Positions 38,359-47,288 of a stretch of 64,000 bases of DNA are shown in pieces. This stretch comes from Myxococcales bacterium. GTDB taxonomy: Bacteria > Myxococcota_A > Polyangia > Polyangiales > DASUME01. Numbering within the stretch: position 1 is the stretch's first letter; each line of letters begins with the position of its first letter. The position numbers and the translations under genes were made by a program. The stretch covers positions 8,736,001 to 8,800,000 of the forward strand of contig JASGJH010000001.1 of the NCBI GenBank assembly GCA_047601445.1. Reading direction: 5' to 3'. The notes beneath the pieces were generated by a model. It was not told the DNA's origin. It ran no database searches and saw only the letters and a list, made by a program, of their open reading frames with translations.

Positions 38359-38749
38359 GTATCTCCCCTTGTCTTCTGCCTACGTTTGGAGGCGTTCCTT
38401 AAGTCGCGTCTGAACTCGAAGCAGCGTGTGCTTGGTTCTAGGTGTCAACGAGACCGAAGCCCCCGGTCGACCGGGCGCGACGGTAGCACGCAGCAATCAG
38501 CTTTCGTCGAGAAAAGAGCCAAAAAGAGCGGTGTGAGGAATGCGTTTCAAGCGCATGGCGCGCACATGCACGGCCGCGACGCGGGGCCTGCACCATCGCT
38601 TCACTGGGGACTGATTTAACCTTTGTCGCGTCAAGCTCGCCCCGAACACCACTCGCCGCGGCACAGATTCCCGAGGCCCCGTCCTTCTTACAGGCCATGC
38701 TGCAAAGCCGGTTCGTCATCTGCTGTCGGACAAGGTACGGTTGGCTCCC

Positions 38750-39007
38750 ATGATCGAGCCCAGTGAAATCGAACAACTGTTAAGGGCTGCTTTTCCAGAC
38801 GCCGCGGTGCTCGAGATCGAGGACCTGACGGGGACCAAGGATCACTACCAGGCCACCATCGTCAGCGGCAAATTTCAGGGCCTCACGCGCGTGGCCCAGC
38901 ACCAGGCCGTGTATCGCGCTCTCGGCGATCTCATGAAAGGCCCGATCCACGCGCTGGCGCTGAACACCTACACGCCCGAGGCCTACGCCAAAAAGCGCCT
39001 CACTTGA
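38750..39007 (+). CDS. bolA: BolA/IbaG-family protein
   Basis: DHYQATIVSGKFQG..RVAQHQAVY...IHALAL. Confidence 0.9.
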   Translation: MIEPSEIEQLLRAAFPDAAVLEIEDLTGTKDHYQATIVSGKFQGLTRVAQHQAVYRALGDLMKGPIHALALNTYTPEAYAKKRLT

Positions 39008-39035
39008 GCGCGGTGTCCGCGTTGACTCTAACGTC

Positions 39036-40151
39036 TCAGCGCTTTGACCGCGGGCGCACGCGATCCACGTTGCCACCGCCGCTGTCGCGCACCGAGTAGG
39101 AGCCGTCCACGGCGGGTTCCCTGAGCTTCTGCTCCGGCTGTTTGGCCTGGGCGTCGACTACCGTCTCGCGCGCGAAGCGCTGCGGGTCCTTGGGGGCGCT
39201 TGGTTGCGCGTTCAACTGGTGCAAAGTGACACGGTCGCGGCCCGCTCCCTTGCTCTCGTAGAGGGACGCATCGGCCCCGGCGACGAGATCGGCGGGAGAG
39301 CGGTACTGCAGTTCCTTCGTCAGGAGCGCCACGCCGATGCTGGCAGTGACTTGAAGGCTGCGTCCGGCCACCTGCACCGACGTCTGTGCGATGCGCGCGC
39401 GTAGACGCTCGGCCAGGACCTGAGCACCGCTCGCATCGCTGCCGCGGGCGATCACGGCGAACTCCTCGCCGCCATAGCGCGCCGCCACGTCCTCCGCGCG
39501 CAGGCTCTCCACCAGCACTTTCGCGGTGGCACCCAACACAGCGTCGCCGGCGGCGTGCCCGTAGCCGTCGTTGACCTTCTTGAAGTGATCGAGGTCGATC
39601 AGCATCACGGCCAGCACTCCACCGTGGCGCTTCACGAAGGCGTATTCGGCCTGCATGCGGTCGTCGAAATAGCCGCGATTGTAGAGGCCCGTCAGCCGAT
39701 CTCGCACCGCCGCTTCGTACATCGAGCGCGTGAGCTCCAGCTCCTCTGCATCGTGCAAAGCAAAGCGCAACACCACGCTGCCGAGCGTGATGAGCTCTCC
39801 GCTCTTGAGGCGATGGCGCGCGGTCAGTCGCTGGCCCTCCACGAAGGTGCCATTGCGGCTCTCGAGATCGGTGACCGCGAGTGTGTCGCCCTCGCGATCG
39901 AAGCGTGCGTGCGTGCGCGAGAGGCTGGGATCCTCGATGCGCAAATCGGCCTCGAGGCCACGCCCGATCACCGCGTGCGAGCCCTCCACCGTGAGCACTT
40001 CGCCGGCGTGGGGACCCTTCACCACCAGGAGTGCGAGCGCGCTGCGCTTGGAGCGGGCACCGATCGGTACGGTGATCTCCTGCGTTACGTCATCGCTGCT
40101 GGTCCGGGAACTTCGCCCCGACAAGGTCTCGATCACTTTCTGCGATCGCAT
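39036..40151 (-). CDS. FHA-GGDEF diguanylate cyclase
   Basis: FHA motifs IGR, SRTHA, DLESRNGT; I-site RAED; RYGGEEF. Confidence 0.9.
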   Translation of the reverse strand: MRSQKVIETLSGRSSRTSSDDVTQEITVPIGARSKRSALALLVVKGPHAGEVLTVEGSHAVIGRGLEADLRIEDPSLSRTHARFDREGDTLAVTDLESRNGTFVEGQRLTARHRLKSGELITLGSVVLRFALHDAEELELTRSMYEAAVRDRLTGLYNRGYFDDRMQAEYAFVKRHGGVLAVMLIDLDHFKKVNDGYGHAAGDAVLGATAKVLVESLRAEDVAARYGGEEFAVIARGSDASGAQVLAERLRARIAQTSVQVAGRSLQVTASIGVALLTKELQYRSPADLVAGADASLYESKGAGRDRVTLHQLNAQPSAPKDPQRFARETVVDAQAKQPEQKLREPAVDGSYSVRDSGGGNVDRVRPRSKR

Positions 40152-40223
40152 CGTCGGCGCACACACCCGTCATGGACTGACGGCCGTGCCCGGACCCCCC
40201 GCGGTCGCACGGGGACTACTCTA

Positions 40224-41348
40224 CTACTCTTTGGCCGTGAAACCGCGTCGTTCGATCATCCGCCGCAATGTGGAGGTGGGTTGGCGAAGGGCCTGGTAGG
40301 TCGTCGTGTAGGCGTGTGTAAGGATGGCGCGCCGGGCCGCGAAGTTCATGGGGGAGTGCATGAAGAGCGTGGCATCGCTCGGGTCGGGTTCGAGGACGTG
40401 GACCTCGGTGTGAGGGTTGGCCTCGCGGTAGCGTGCCAGGCCGGCCCGCAAGCGGGCGTCGCTGCGCATGCGGACCGACTGGTTGTAGACCCACAGGAGC
40501 CCCTTGTCGCGCACACGCTTTTGCGGCCCGTGGCCGGTGGGGATGTCACGCAGGTGAACCTGGGAGCGAATCGGCACCATCGGGTTCACGATCAGGACCG
40601 CCTGGGCACCGAGCTCCATGGCGACGTCGAGATGGGCGATGTCGCCCAGGCCGGCATCGATGTAGTCGCGCTCGGCCACGCGCACCGGGGCGAACAGGAT
40701 GGGCAGAGCCGAGGCGGCCGCCACAGCCTGCGACAGCGGCACGTCGATGTTCGGCGCGCTGCCAAACACGCGGCGCTCGCCCGCGTCGAGGTCGAACGCA
40801 ACCAACGCGAGCGGACGCGAGAGCTCAGCGAACGAGTTTGGGATGGAGCGTCGCTCCATGAACTCGGCAAGGAAGCGCTCGTAGGCTTCCAAGCTGAAGA
40901 GGCCGGCGGGCAAGGAGTCCACGAAGCGCTCGAGTTCGTTCCAGACATCGGCGTCGAGTGGACTCGCGATCACCGAACCCATCGCGCGCCGGCCCGCGCT
41001 CAAGACGGTGGAGATCACGCGCTTGAACTCGCTACCGTGAAAATGAAACATGTGCTGACGGCGCAGCGGGAAGAAGTCGTCGGCGGGATCGAGGAGCGCA
41101 CGATAGAGGCGGCTCGCGCGCAGGCCCCCGGCGAGCGCCATGGCCACCGTGGCACCCGAGCCAGTGCCCACGAAGGCGTCGAAGTCCGAGGCGTGAAAGC
41201 CCGTGAAGAAATCCTCGAGCGCCGCCAGGCAGCCCACCTCGTAGAGCGCGCCGGTGACGCCGCCTCCGCACAGGCACAGGCCCGTCCGTGGGCCGCTCGC
41301 GTGTCGCGAGAGGGTGGGGCGATAGGACGCTTTTTCGAGCTCACTCAT
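40224..41348 (-). CDS. Patatin-like phospholipase family protein (degenerate nucleophile)
   Basis: GGGVTG oxyanion motif, GTGSG, ASALP, YIDAG. Confidence 0.85.
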   Translation of the reverse strand: MSELEKASYRPTLSRHASGPRTGLCLCGGGVTGALYEVGCLAALEDFFTGFHASDFDAFVGTGSGATVAMALAGGLRASRLYRALLDPADDFFPLRRQHMFHFHGSEFKRVISTVLSAGRRAMGSVIASPLDADVWNELERFVDSLPAGLFSLEAYERFLAEFMERRSIPNSFAELSRPLALVAFDLDAGERRVFGSAPNIDVPLSQAVAAASALPILFAPVRVAERDYIDAGLGDIAHLDVAMELGAQAVLIVNPMVPIRSQVHLRDIPTGHGPQKRVRDKGLLWVYNQSVRMRSDARLRAGLARYREANPHTEVHVLEPDPSDATLFMHSPMNFAARRAILTHAYTTTYQALRQPTSTLRRMIERRGFTAKE

Positions 41349-42213
41349 GGGCGCCATCCTCGCTCGACGCGCCCTCGAGGCGCGTGATTGCGAACAGCAG
41401 GCCGAGCCCGAGCAGGAGGGGCGGCCAAACCAGATAGTGGGGTAGATGATCGGTGGTCAGGGATGGAACGTTGAACCCGCGCACCGCCACCAGGTGCTCG
41501 GGAAGCAGCACCGGTACCGCATTGAAGGCCCCATGCAGGGCCACGCCGGGCCACACGGAGCGCGTCGCGAGCGCGAGCCAGCCCAACAGGACGCCCGCCA
41601 CGGTCGCATACAGGGCGGGCACAGCGCCGAGGTGAACCACGCCGAACAACACCGAGCTCAACAAGATCCCGAAGGCCGGGCCGTAGCGGCGGCTGAGTCC
41701 GAACATGAAGATCCCCCGGAACAGGAGCTCTTCCATCAGCGGGATCACCCCGGCCAGGCACAGGATGACGACGGCGCCCTGTCCCAGGGTGCGGGCTTCG
41801 AGCAGGTTTTGCAGGGCCAGCTGCTGCTCGAGCGGATCGGGGCCGAACACGGAGCCGTGGAGCAGGTTCGAGAGCTCGGTGAGCGGGAACTGCAGGCAGG
41901 CCCCAGCCAGGAGGCACAGGCCCAGCGTGCGGCTCGCCACGGGACGCAGGGAGAGGGCGTCCGGGAGCTCGGATTCGGGGTCCATGAGGCGCAGCCCGAG
42001 CAGCAACGATGTGCCCATGGCGGCGGCCTGAATCAGCGTGAGGTTGAGCAAACTGCCGCGCACGTGGCGTTCGGCCTCGGCCAACGAGGTATCGCGACTG
42101 AACGCGGAGAGCGCGGCCAGGCCTGCCCCCAGGCCGATCATCAGCGCGACGGTGAGCACCAATAGGGCCAGCGCGCCGAACAGGGATAGGCTGCGTTGGG
42201 AACGCTCAGGCAC
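41341..42213 (-). CDS. CPBP (Abi/CAAX) intramembrane metalloprotease
   Basis: EELLFRG, FGVVH, HGAFN; start chosen at GTG 42213. Confidence 0.88.
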   Translation of the reverse strand: MPERSQRSLSLFGALALLVLTVALMIGLGAGLAALSAFSRDTSLAEAERHVRGSLLNLTLIQAAAMGTSLLLGLRLMDPESELPDALSLRPVASRTLGLCLLAGACLQFPLTELSNLLHGSVFGPDPLEQQLALQNLLEARTLGQGAVVILCLAGVIPLMEELLFRGIFMFGLSRRYGPAFGILLSSVLFGVVHLGAVPALYATVAGVLLGWLALATRSVWPGVALHGAFNAVPVLLPEHLVAVRGFNVPSLTTDHLPHYLVWPPLLLGLGLLFAITRLEGASSEDGAHE

Positions 42214-42260
42214 TTCCCAAGTATGCTTCGTTGCCCGGGAATTGCTAAGCTCGCGGCCAC

Positions 42261-44555
42261 ATGAAGAAGCCCCTAGCGGTCGTCCCAGCCGGATTGTTTG
42301 CTCGCCAGCGGGCCAGCGCATTGGGTGCGCTCGGCGCCGCGCTCGTGCTGAGCCTGGCCATGGGAGGCTGTGCGGCGCGCGCCCGGCCACCGCAGGCGCC
42401 TCAGGTCGCCGTGCCCGAGACGCTCGACGCCGTGAGCGCAGTCAAGGTCGAGCGCGCGTATCGCCGGCTCGATCCCAGCGATCCTCAGCGCAAGGACATC
42501 CGCGCCAGCCTGGTGCGGTTCCTGGTGACCGAGGCCGAGCGGGTCCACGCCGCCGATGAGTACGACGCGACCGTGGAGAAATTGGCCCGCATTTCGTCGC
42601 TGTACTACCCGAACGAGCTCGAGAGCGGTCTGCTGCCCGAGACGCTCGCGCTGGCCAAGTACCTGCGCAAGCAGGGCGAACCCAAGGGCGACGAGGCGCG
42701 CGTGCTGTCGGCCTTGTGGATCGAGAAGACCCTGGAGCCGCACAACCCGGAGCCCAAGACGCAGTACGAGCAGCTGCGGCGCTGGAGCGATGAGGCGCGC
42801 GAGAACCTCGGTGGGGTGGCCGATCATCTGACGGGACTCATCGAGGTCATGGCCGAGCACGCGCGTTTGACGCCGGCCCCGGACATCCTCGACAACCTCG
42901 CCAATCTGTTCGTGGAGCGCCGACAGCAGCTCGTGAAGGCGCTGGGGCCCGACGGCCAGTCGCCGCCCACGCCCGGAGAGCTGTCGTTCCAGGACTATCG
43001 CGAGGCCACCGTGGCGCTCAGTCGGGCTCCGCTCGACATCGCGGGGGTGTACCTGGCGCACGACGATTTCCAGAGCGCGCTGGCGCGCCTGCGCCAGCTC
43101 GAGACCGTGACCGGACTCGAGCCACGCATTCGCACGGTCGTCGAGATCGTGGCGGAGAGCAAGCCCGAAGCCCCCGATGCGTTGCTCGCGCTCTCGCGGG
43201 CATACATCGAGGGCAGCGATCCGGGCGTGGCTCGCACGCTGTGCACCTATGGCGTGCGCGCCTTCCGGCAGGACTCGCGCTTTCCGCAGTGTCTGGGCCG
43301 CATCGCGGCGGGCGACGACGACTATGCCGAAGCCACCACGGACTACGCCGAGGCCATCCAGCTCGCCCCCGAAGAGCGCGAGCTCTACGACGAGGCGCTC
43401 GAGGTGCTCGCCAACCTGATGCGCGGCGAGATGTTCGACAGCGACCCGAGCGAGACACGGGCGCTCGCCGAGCAGGCGCGCAACATCCTCGACGAGCGCG
43501 TCAAGCGCTGGCCCGACGTGCCGCCTCCGGTGGCCGTGGACGAACTCGAGCTCGCGGTGGGGCTGGCCGAGATGAGCGCGGGCAATGTCGACGAGGCCCG
43601 GCAGCACTTCGAGATCAGCCTGGAACGCCGTGAGTCCACGCGCGCGCTGATCCAGCTCGGGCAGCTCAGCGCACGCCTCGGCAGGTACGAAGAGGCCGAC
43701 AAGTACCTGCGACGGGCCCTCGAGCGCACCACCCAGCGCGACACCGAGGAGTCTCGGCTCAAGGCGCAGATTCTCGAGCAGATCGGCGACGCCGAGCGCG
43801 CGCGCGGCGACCAGGTGGCGGCCAAGCGCTCCTACGGGGAGGCGCTCGCTCTGTGGGACGCGGGCACCCGCGCCAACGACGAGGCTCCTCAGCGCGCGTT
43901 CACCCAGATCCGTCGAGGCATCCTGCTGTCGCGCCTGGACCGCAAGAAGGAGGCCGCCGATGCGTTCGAGCTCGCCATGCAGGCCGCGCCGGACAACCGC
44001 GAGACCTACGCCCAGATCCTTTCCTACCTGGTGGTGGCTCAGCCCGACCCTTCGCTGGCGGAGTCCATCGTGGCGCGCGCCCAGCGCCAGCTGACGCTCG
44101 ATCCGGAGTGGAAGACCTATTTCTCGCTGTGGGCCAAGGCCGTGGCGGGTCGCGCTCACGCTGCGAGCCCCGGTGATGTGGATCGCTTGCTGGGCCGCCT
44201 CTCCCGCTCCGAAGCCTGGTGGGGACACCTGGCGGCGTTCGGCCTGGGCAGCATCGACTACGCCAAGCTCTCGGGGCTGGCGAAGACGCGCGGCGAACAC
44301 ACCGAAGCGGACTTCTACGAAGCCGTACGGCGCGCCAGCACCGGCGATCTGACGGGCGCGCGGGCCCTGTTCAAGGCCGTGATCGACTCGCACATGGTGG
44401 GCTTCTACGAATACCAGATGGCGCAGGAGCTGTTGCTGCTCGACGACGCCACGCTGTCGCGGGGCAGCGCGCTCGTGGCGCCGGCTGCAGACGTCGCGCC
44501 TGCAGCCGCCGCACCAGCCACAGCGGTTCCCGCACCCACCGCGAGCGCCAAGTAA
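42261..44555 (+). CDS. TPR lipoprotein with NlpI-like C-terminal domain
   Basis: MGGC lipobox; TPRs; EADFYEA...ARALFKAVIDSHMVGFYEY. Confidence 0.75.
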   Translation: MKKPLAVVPAGLFARQRASALGALGAALVLSLAMGGCAARARPPQAPQVAVPETLDAVSAVKVERAYRRLDPSDPQRKDIRASLVRFLVTEAERVHAADEYDATVEKLARISSLYYPNELESGLLPETLALAKYLRKQGEPKGDEARVLSALWIEKTLEPHNPEPKTQYEQLRRWSDEARENLGGVADHLTGLIEVMAEHARLTPAPDILDNLANLFVERRQQLVKALGPDGQSPPTPGELSFQDYREATVALSRAPLDIAGVYLAHDDFQSALARLRQLETVTGLEPRIRTVVEIVAESKPEAPDALLALSRAYIEGSDPGVARTLCTYGVRAFRQDSRFPQCLGRIAAGDDDYAEATTDYAEAIQLAPEERELYDEALEVLANLMRGEMFDSDPSETRALAEQARNILDERVKRWPDVPPPVAVDELELAVGLAEMSAGNVDEARQHFEISLERRESTRALIQLGQLSARLGRYEEADKYLRRALERTTQRDTEESRLKAQILEQIGDAERARGDQVAAKRSYGEALALWDAGTRANDEAPQRAFTQIRRGILLSRLDRKKEAADAFELAMQAAPDNRETYAQILSYLVVAQPDPSLAESIVARAQRQLTLDPEWKTYFSLWAKAVAGRAHAASPGDVDRLLGRLSRSEAWWGHLAAFGLGSIDYAKLSGLAKTRGEHTEADFYEAVRRASTGDLTGARALFKAVIDSHMVGFYEYQMAQELLLLDDATLSRGSALVAPAADVAPAAAAPATAVPAPTASAK

Positions 44556-44567
44556 CGCTGCGCAGAG

Positions 44568-45044
44568 TTACGCGCCGAGTGCGTCGAAGGCTTGGATGAC
44601 CTCGGGCGGTGCCTGCACCAGCTCGATGAGCACGCCTTCGCCGCTGAGCGGGGACTCTTCGTTGCCCTTGGGGTGGATGAAGGTGACGTCGTAGCCAGCG
44701 GCGCCCTTGCGGATGCCACCGGGCGTGAAGCGCATGCCCTTGGACTCGAGCCAGCTCACGGCCGCGCGGATGTCGTCGACCCAGAGACCGATGTGGTTGA
44801 GCTGCGGGTCGTTGACCTTGGGCTTCTTGTCGGGGTCGATGGGCTGCATGAGGTCGACTTCGACGCGGAAGGGACCACTGCCCAGCACCGCGATGTCTTC
44901 ATCGACGTTTTCCTTCTCGGACTTGTAGTTGCCCTCGAGGTGCAGGCCGAGCGTGTCGACCCACAGCTTCTTGAGGCGCCCCTTATCGAGCCCACCGATG
45001 GCGATCTGTTGAAGTCCCAACACGCGAAAGGGTCTCTTTTCCAC
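44568..45044 (-). CDS. VOC-family protein (methylmalonyl-CoA epimerase/glyoxalase-like)
   Basis: [23 protein letters not shown]. Confidence 0.85.
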   Translation of the reverse strand: MEKRPFRVLGLQQIAIGGLDKGRLKKLWVDTLGLHLEGNYKSEKENVDEDIAVLGSGPFRVEVDLMQPIDPDKKPKVNDPQLNHIGLWVDDIRAAVSWLESKGMRFTPGGIRKGAAGYDVTFIHPKGNEESPLSGEGVLIELVQAPPEVIQAFDALGA

Positions 45045-45062
45045 GGCCTTCTGCTCCTTCTC

Positions 45063-46040
45063 TCACTTCTTCACGGAGATGCCGATGACATCCCGAACGC
45101 GGCTCAAGGTGGCCTGCGCGATCTTGCGTGCGCGCTCTGCGCCGTGCTCGAGGATCTTGTCGAGGCCCGCTTCGTCGGCCCGCAAGGCCTGATAGCGCTC
45201 GCGCATGGGCCCGAGCTCCGACTCCATGGCGGCGAGCAGATCTTGCTTGGCGTGTCCCCAGCCGTAGTTACCCGCGGCCAGCTTGGCGGAAAGCTCCGCC
45301 GCCTTGGCTTCACCAGCCACCTGCTTGTAGATGGTGAACACGGTGGTGCCCTCGGCCTGCTTGGGCTCCTCGAGCGACTCCGAGCCCGTGACTACACTCA
45401 TCACGGCCTTCTTGAGCTCTTTCTGCGTGCCGAACAGCGGGATGACGTTGCCGTAGCTCTTCGACATCTTCTGACCGTCGAGCCCGGGTACCAGCACCTC
45501 GTCTTGGATCACGGGTTCGGGCACCACCAGCGTGCCTTCGCCGAACACGTGGTTGAGCCGCAGTGCGAGGTCGCGCGCGATCTCGATGTGCTGCTTCTGA
45601 TCGCGGCCCACGGGTACCACGTTGGTGTCGTACAGGACGATGTCCGCGGCCATCAGCACCGGGTAGTTGAAGATGCCGGCGTTCGGGGCCTGGCCCTTGG
45701 CGAGCGCGTCCTTGTAGGCGTGTCCGCGCTCGAGCTGCCCGGTGGCCGTGAGGCAGGCGAGGATCCACGTGAGCTCGAAAACCTCGGGCAAGGAGGATTG
45801 CCGGTAGAGCAGGGTACGCTCCGGGTTGAGCCCAGCAGCAAGCCATGCTGCGGCGACGTCGTAGATCATCGTGTGCAGCGCGCTGCGGTCGTTGACCGTG
45901 GTGAGCGCGTGGTAGTCGGCGATGAAGTACAGCGTGCTTTCGTAGGTTTCGGCGAGCCGCAACGCGGGGCGAATCGCTCCCAAATAGTTGCCCACGTGGA
46001 TGGTGCCGGTGGGTTTGATGCCTGTCAGGGACCGCTGCAC
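45063..46040 (-). CDS. trpS: Tryptophan--tRNA ligase
   Basis: HVGN, YPVLMAADI, VPVGRDQKQH, KMSKS. Confidence 0.96.
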   Translation of the reverse strand: MQRSLTGIKPTGTIHVGNYLGAIRPALRLAETYESTLYFIADYHALTTVNDRSALHTMIYDVAAAWLAAGLNPERTLLYRQSSLPEVFELTWILACLTATGQLERGHAYKDALAKGQAPNAGIFNYPVLMAADIVLYDTNVVPVGRDQKQHIEIARDLALRLNHVFGEGTLVVPEPVIQDEVLVPGLDGQKMSKSYGNVIPLFGTQKELKKAVMSVVTGSESLEEPKQAEGTTVFTIYKQVAGEAKAAELSAKLAAGNYGWGHAKQDLLAAMESELGPMRERYQALRADEAGLDKILEHGAERARKIAQATLSRVRDVIGISVKK

Positions 46041-46155
46041 TTACTCTCTCTCCGTTGCGTGCTCGTGCGCGGACCCGCGCACTTTGGATTGCCTGATTCG
46101 CGGTGGATAGCAGAACGCCTCCCCGCCGCTAGCTGGGCGGGCATAGGATCGATGC

Positions 46156-46944
46156 GTGCGCAATTTCGTGGATTGGCTGCAGTCGACGGGAGCACCCCAG
46201 TTCAGCCGCCTGCACGGCGGCGAAACCCCTCGTGTTCCAGATGTCTTGGCGGTGGGCGAGCTGAAGGTGGTGTACCAGCCTATCGTGGACCTCCGCTTCA
46301 AGCGGGTGTTCGCCTATGAGGCCCTGGTGCGCAGCTCCTCCCCGCATTTCCAGGGGCCGCCGGCCCTCTTCAGCGAGGCCCTCAAAAGCCGCCAGCTGGG
46401 TGCCCTCGGGCGCATCATCCGGGAGCTCACGGTGGAGCACGCCCCGGCCTGCCCGCTGTTCGTGAACATCCACCCCAACGAATTCGACGAGGGCTGGCTG
46501 GTGCAACCCGACGACCCCGTGTTCCGCCACGAGCACGGCGTGTATCTGGAGATCACCGAGTCGGTTCCCCTCACGCATTTCGCCATGTGCCACAACGTGC
46601 TGTCCGAGATGCGCAGCCGCGGCGCGTTCCTCGCCGTCGACGACCTCGGAGCGGGCTACTCGAACCTGAAGTACATCGCAGATCTCTCGCCCGAGATCGT
46701 GAAGCTGGATCGTGAGTTGGTGGTGAATCTGCGTCCGGGCACGCGTCAACACCTGCTAGTGCGGGCCATCGTGCGGCTCTGCGAGGAGCTCGGCACCAAG
46801 GTCGTCGCGGAGGGCATCGAGACCGAGGCCGAGGCGAGCGCGGTGATGGACACGGGAGCGCACTACGGGCAGGGCTACTACTTCGCCAAGCCCGCGTATC
46901 CACCGCCGTTGGCCAAGCTGGACGTGGTTCGCGCCGCGTCCTAG
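46156..46944 (+). CDS. Stand-alone EAL-domain c-di-GMP phosphodiesterase
   Basis: YQPIV, EALVR, EITE, DDLGAGYS, KLD, EGIET, QGY. Confidence 0.9.
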   Translation: MRNFVDWLQSTGAPQFSRLHGGETPRVPDVLAVGELKVVYQPIVDLRFKRVFAYEALVRSSSPHFQGPPALFSEALKSRQLGALGRIIRELTVEHAPACPLFVNIHPNEFDEGWLVQPDDPVFRHEHGVYLEITESVPLTHFAMCHNVLSEMRSRGAFLAVDDLGAGYSNLKYIADLSPEIVKLDRELVVNLRPGTRQHLLVRAIVRLCEELGTKVVAEGIETEAEASAVMDTGAHYGQGYYFAKPAYPPPLAKLDVVRAAS

Positions 46945-46958
46945 CACGCCGCGTCCGG

Positions 46959-47288
46959 CTAGCGTCTCCGTTCGAGCTCGCTCAGGAGGGCCTGCTCCGC
47001 GCGACGCCAGGCGCCCTCGAGGCCTTCGAACGTTGCAACGACTTCCTCGGGCGAGTCGGGCTCGTTCTCGAGCGTGCCTTGCAGCGCACGCGCCCGCCGT
47101 GCGACGTCTTTGGCCCCCACCATCGCCGCTTGGCCTGCCACCGCGTGGGCAGCCTCCGCCGCAGCTGCCCAAGCCTCCGCTTGCAGCAAACGCCGGAGCT
47201 CCTCGAACTGCTCATGCTGGGAGGCCCGCGTCTGGGCTACCACCCGGGGCAGCACCGCCTGTCCGTCGCGGCCCGTGAGACCCCGCAG
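46959..47288 (-). pseudogene. Hpt domain, out-of-frame 3' part of the hybrid kinase
   Basis: AAHAVAGQAAMVGA Hpt motif; joins the kinase frame if one A at 47289/47290 is removed. Confidence 0.7.

Noticed and set aside
38420..38448. Sigma70 promoter for paralog C (TTGACA on the minus strand)
   Set aside because: No convincing -10 element at 16-18 bp spacing
42273..44393. Long antisense ORFs (also 9866-11707, 17199-19325, 35175-36914, 39555-41387, 44592-46319, 53006-54790)
   Set aside because: Shadows of well-supported genes; stop codons are scarce in high-GC DNA and these ORFs carry no motifs
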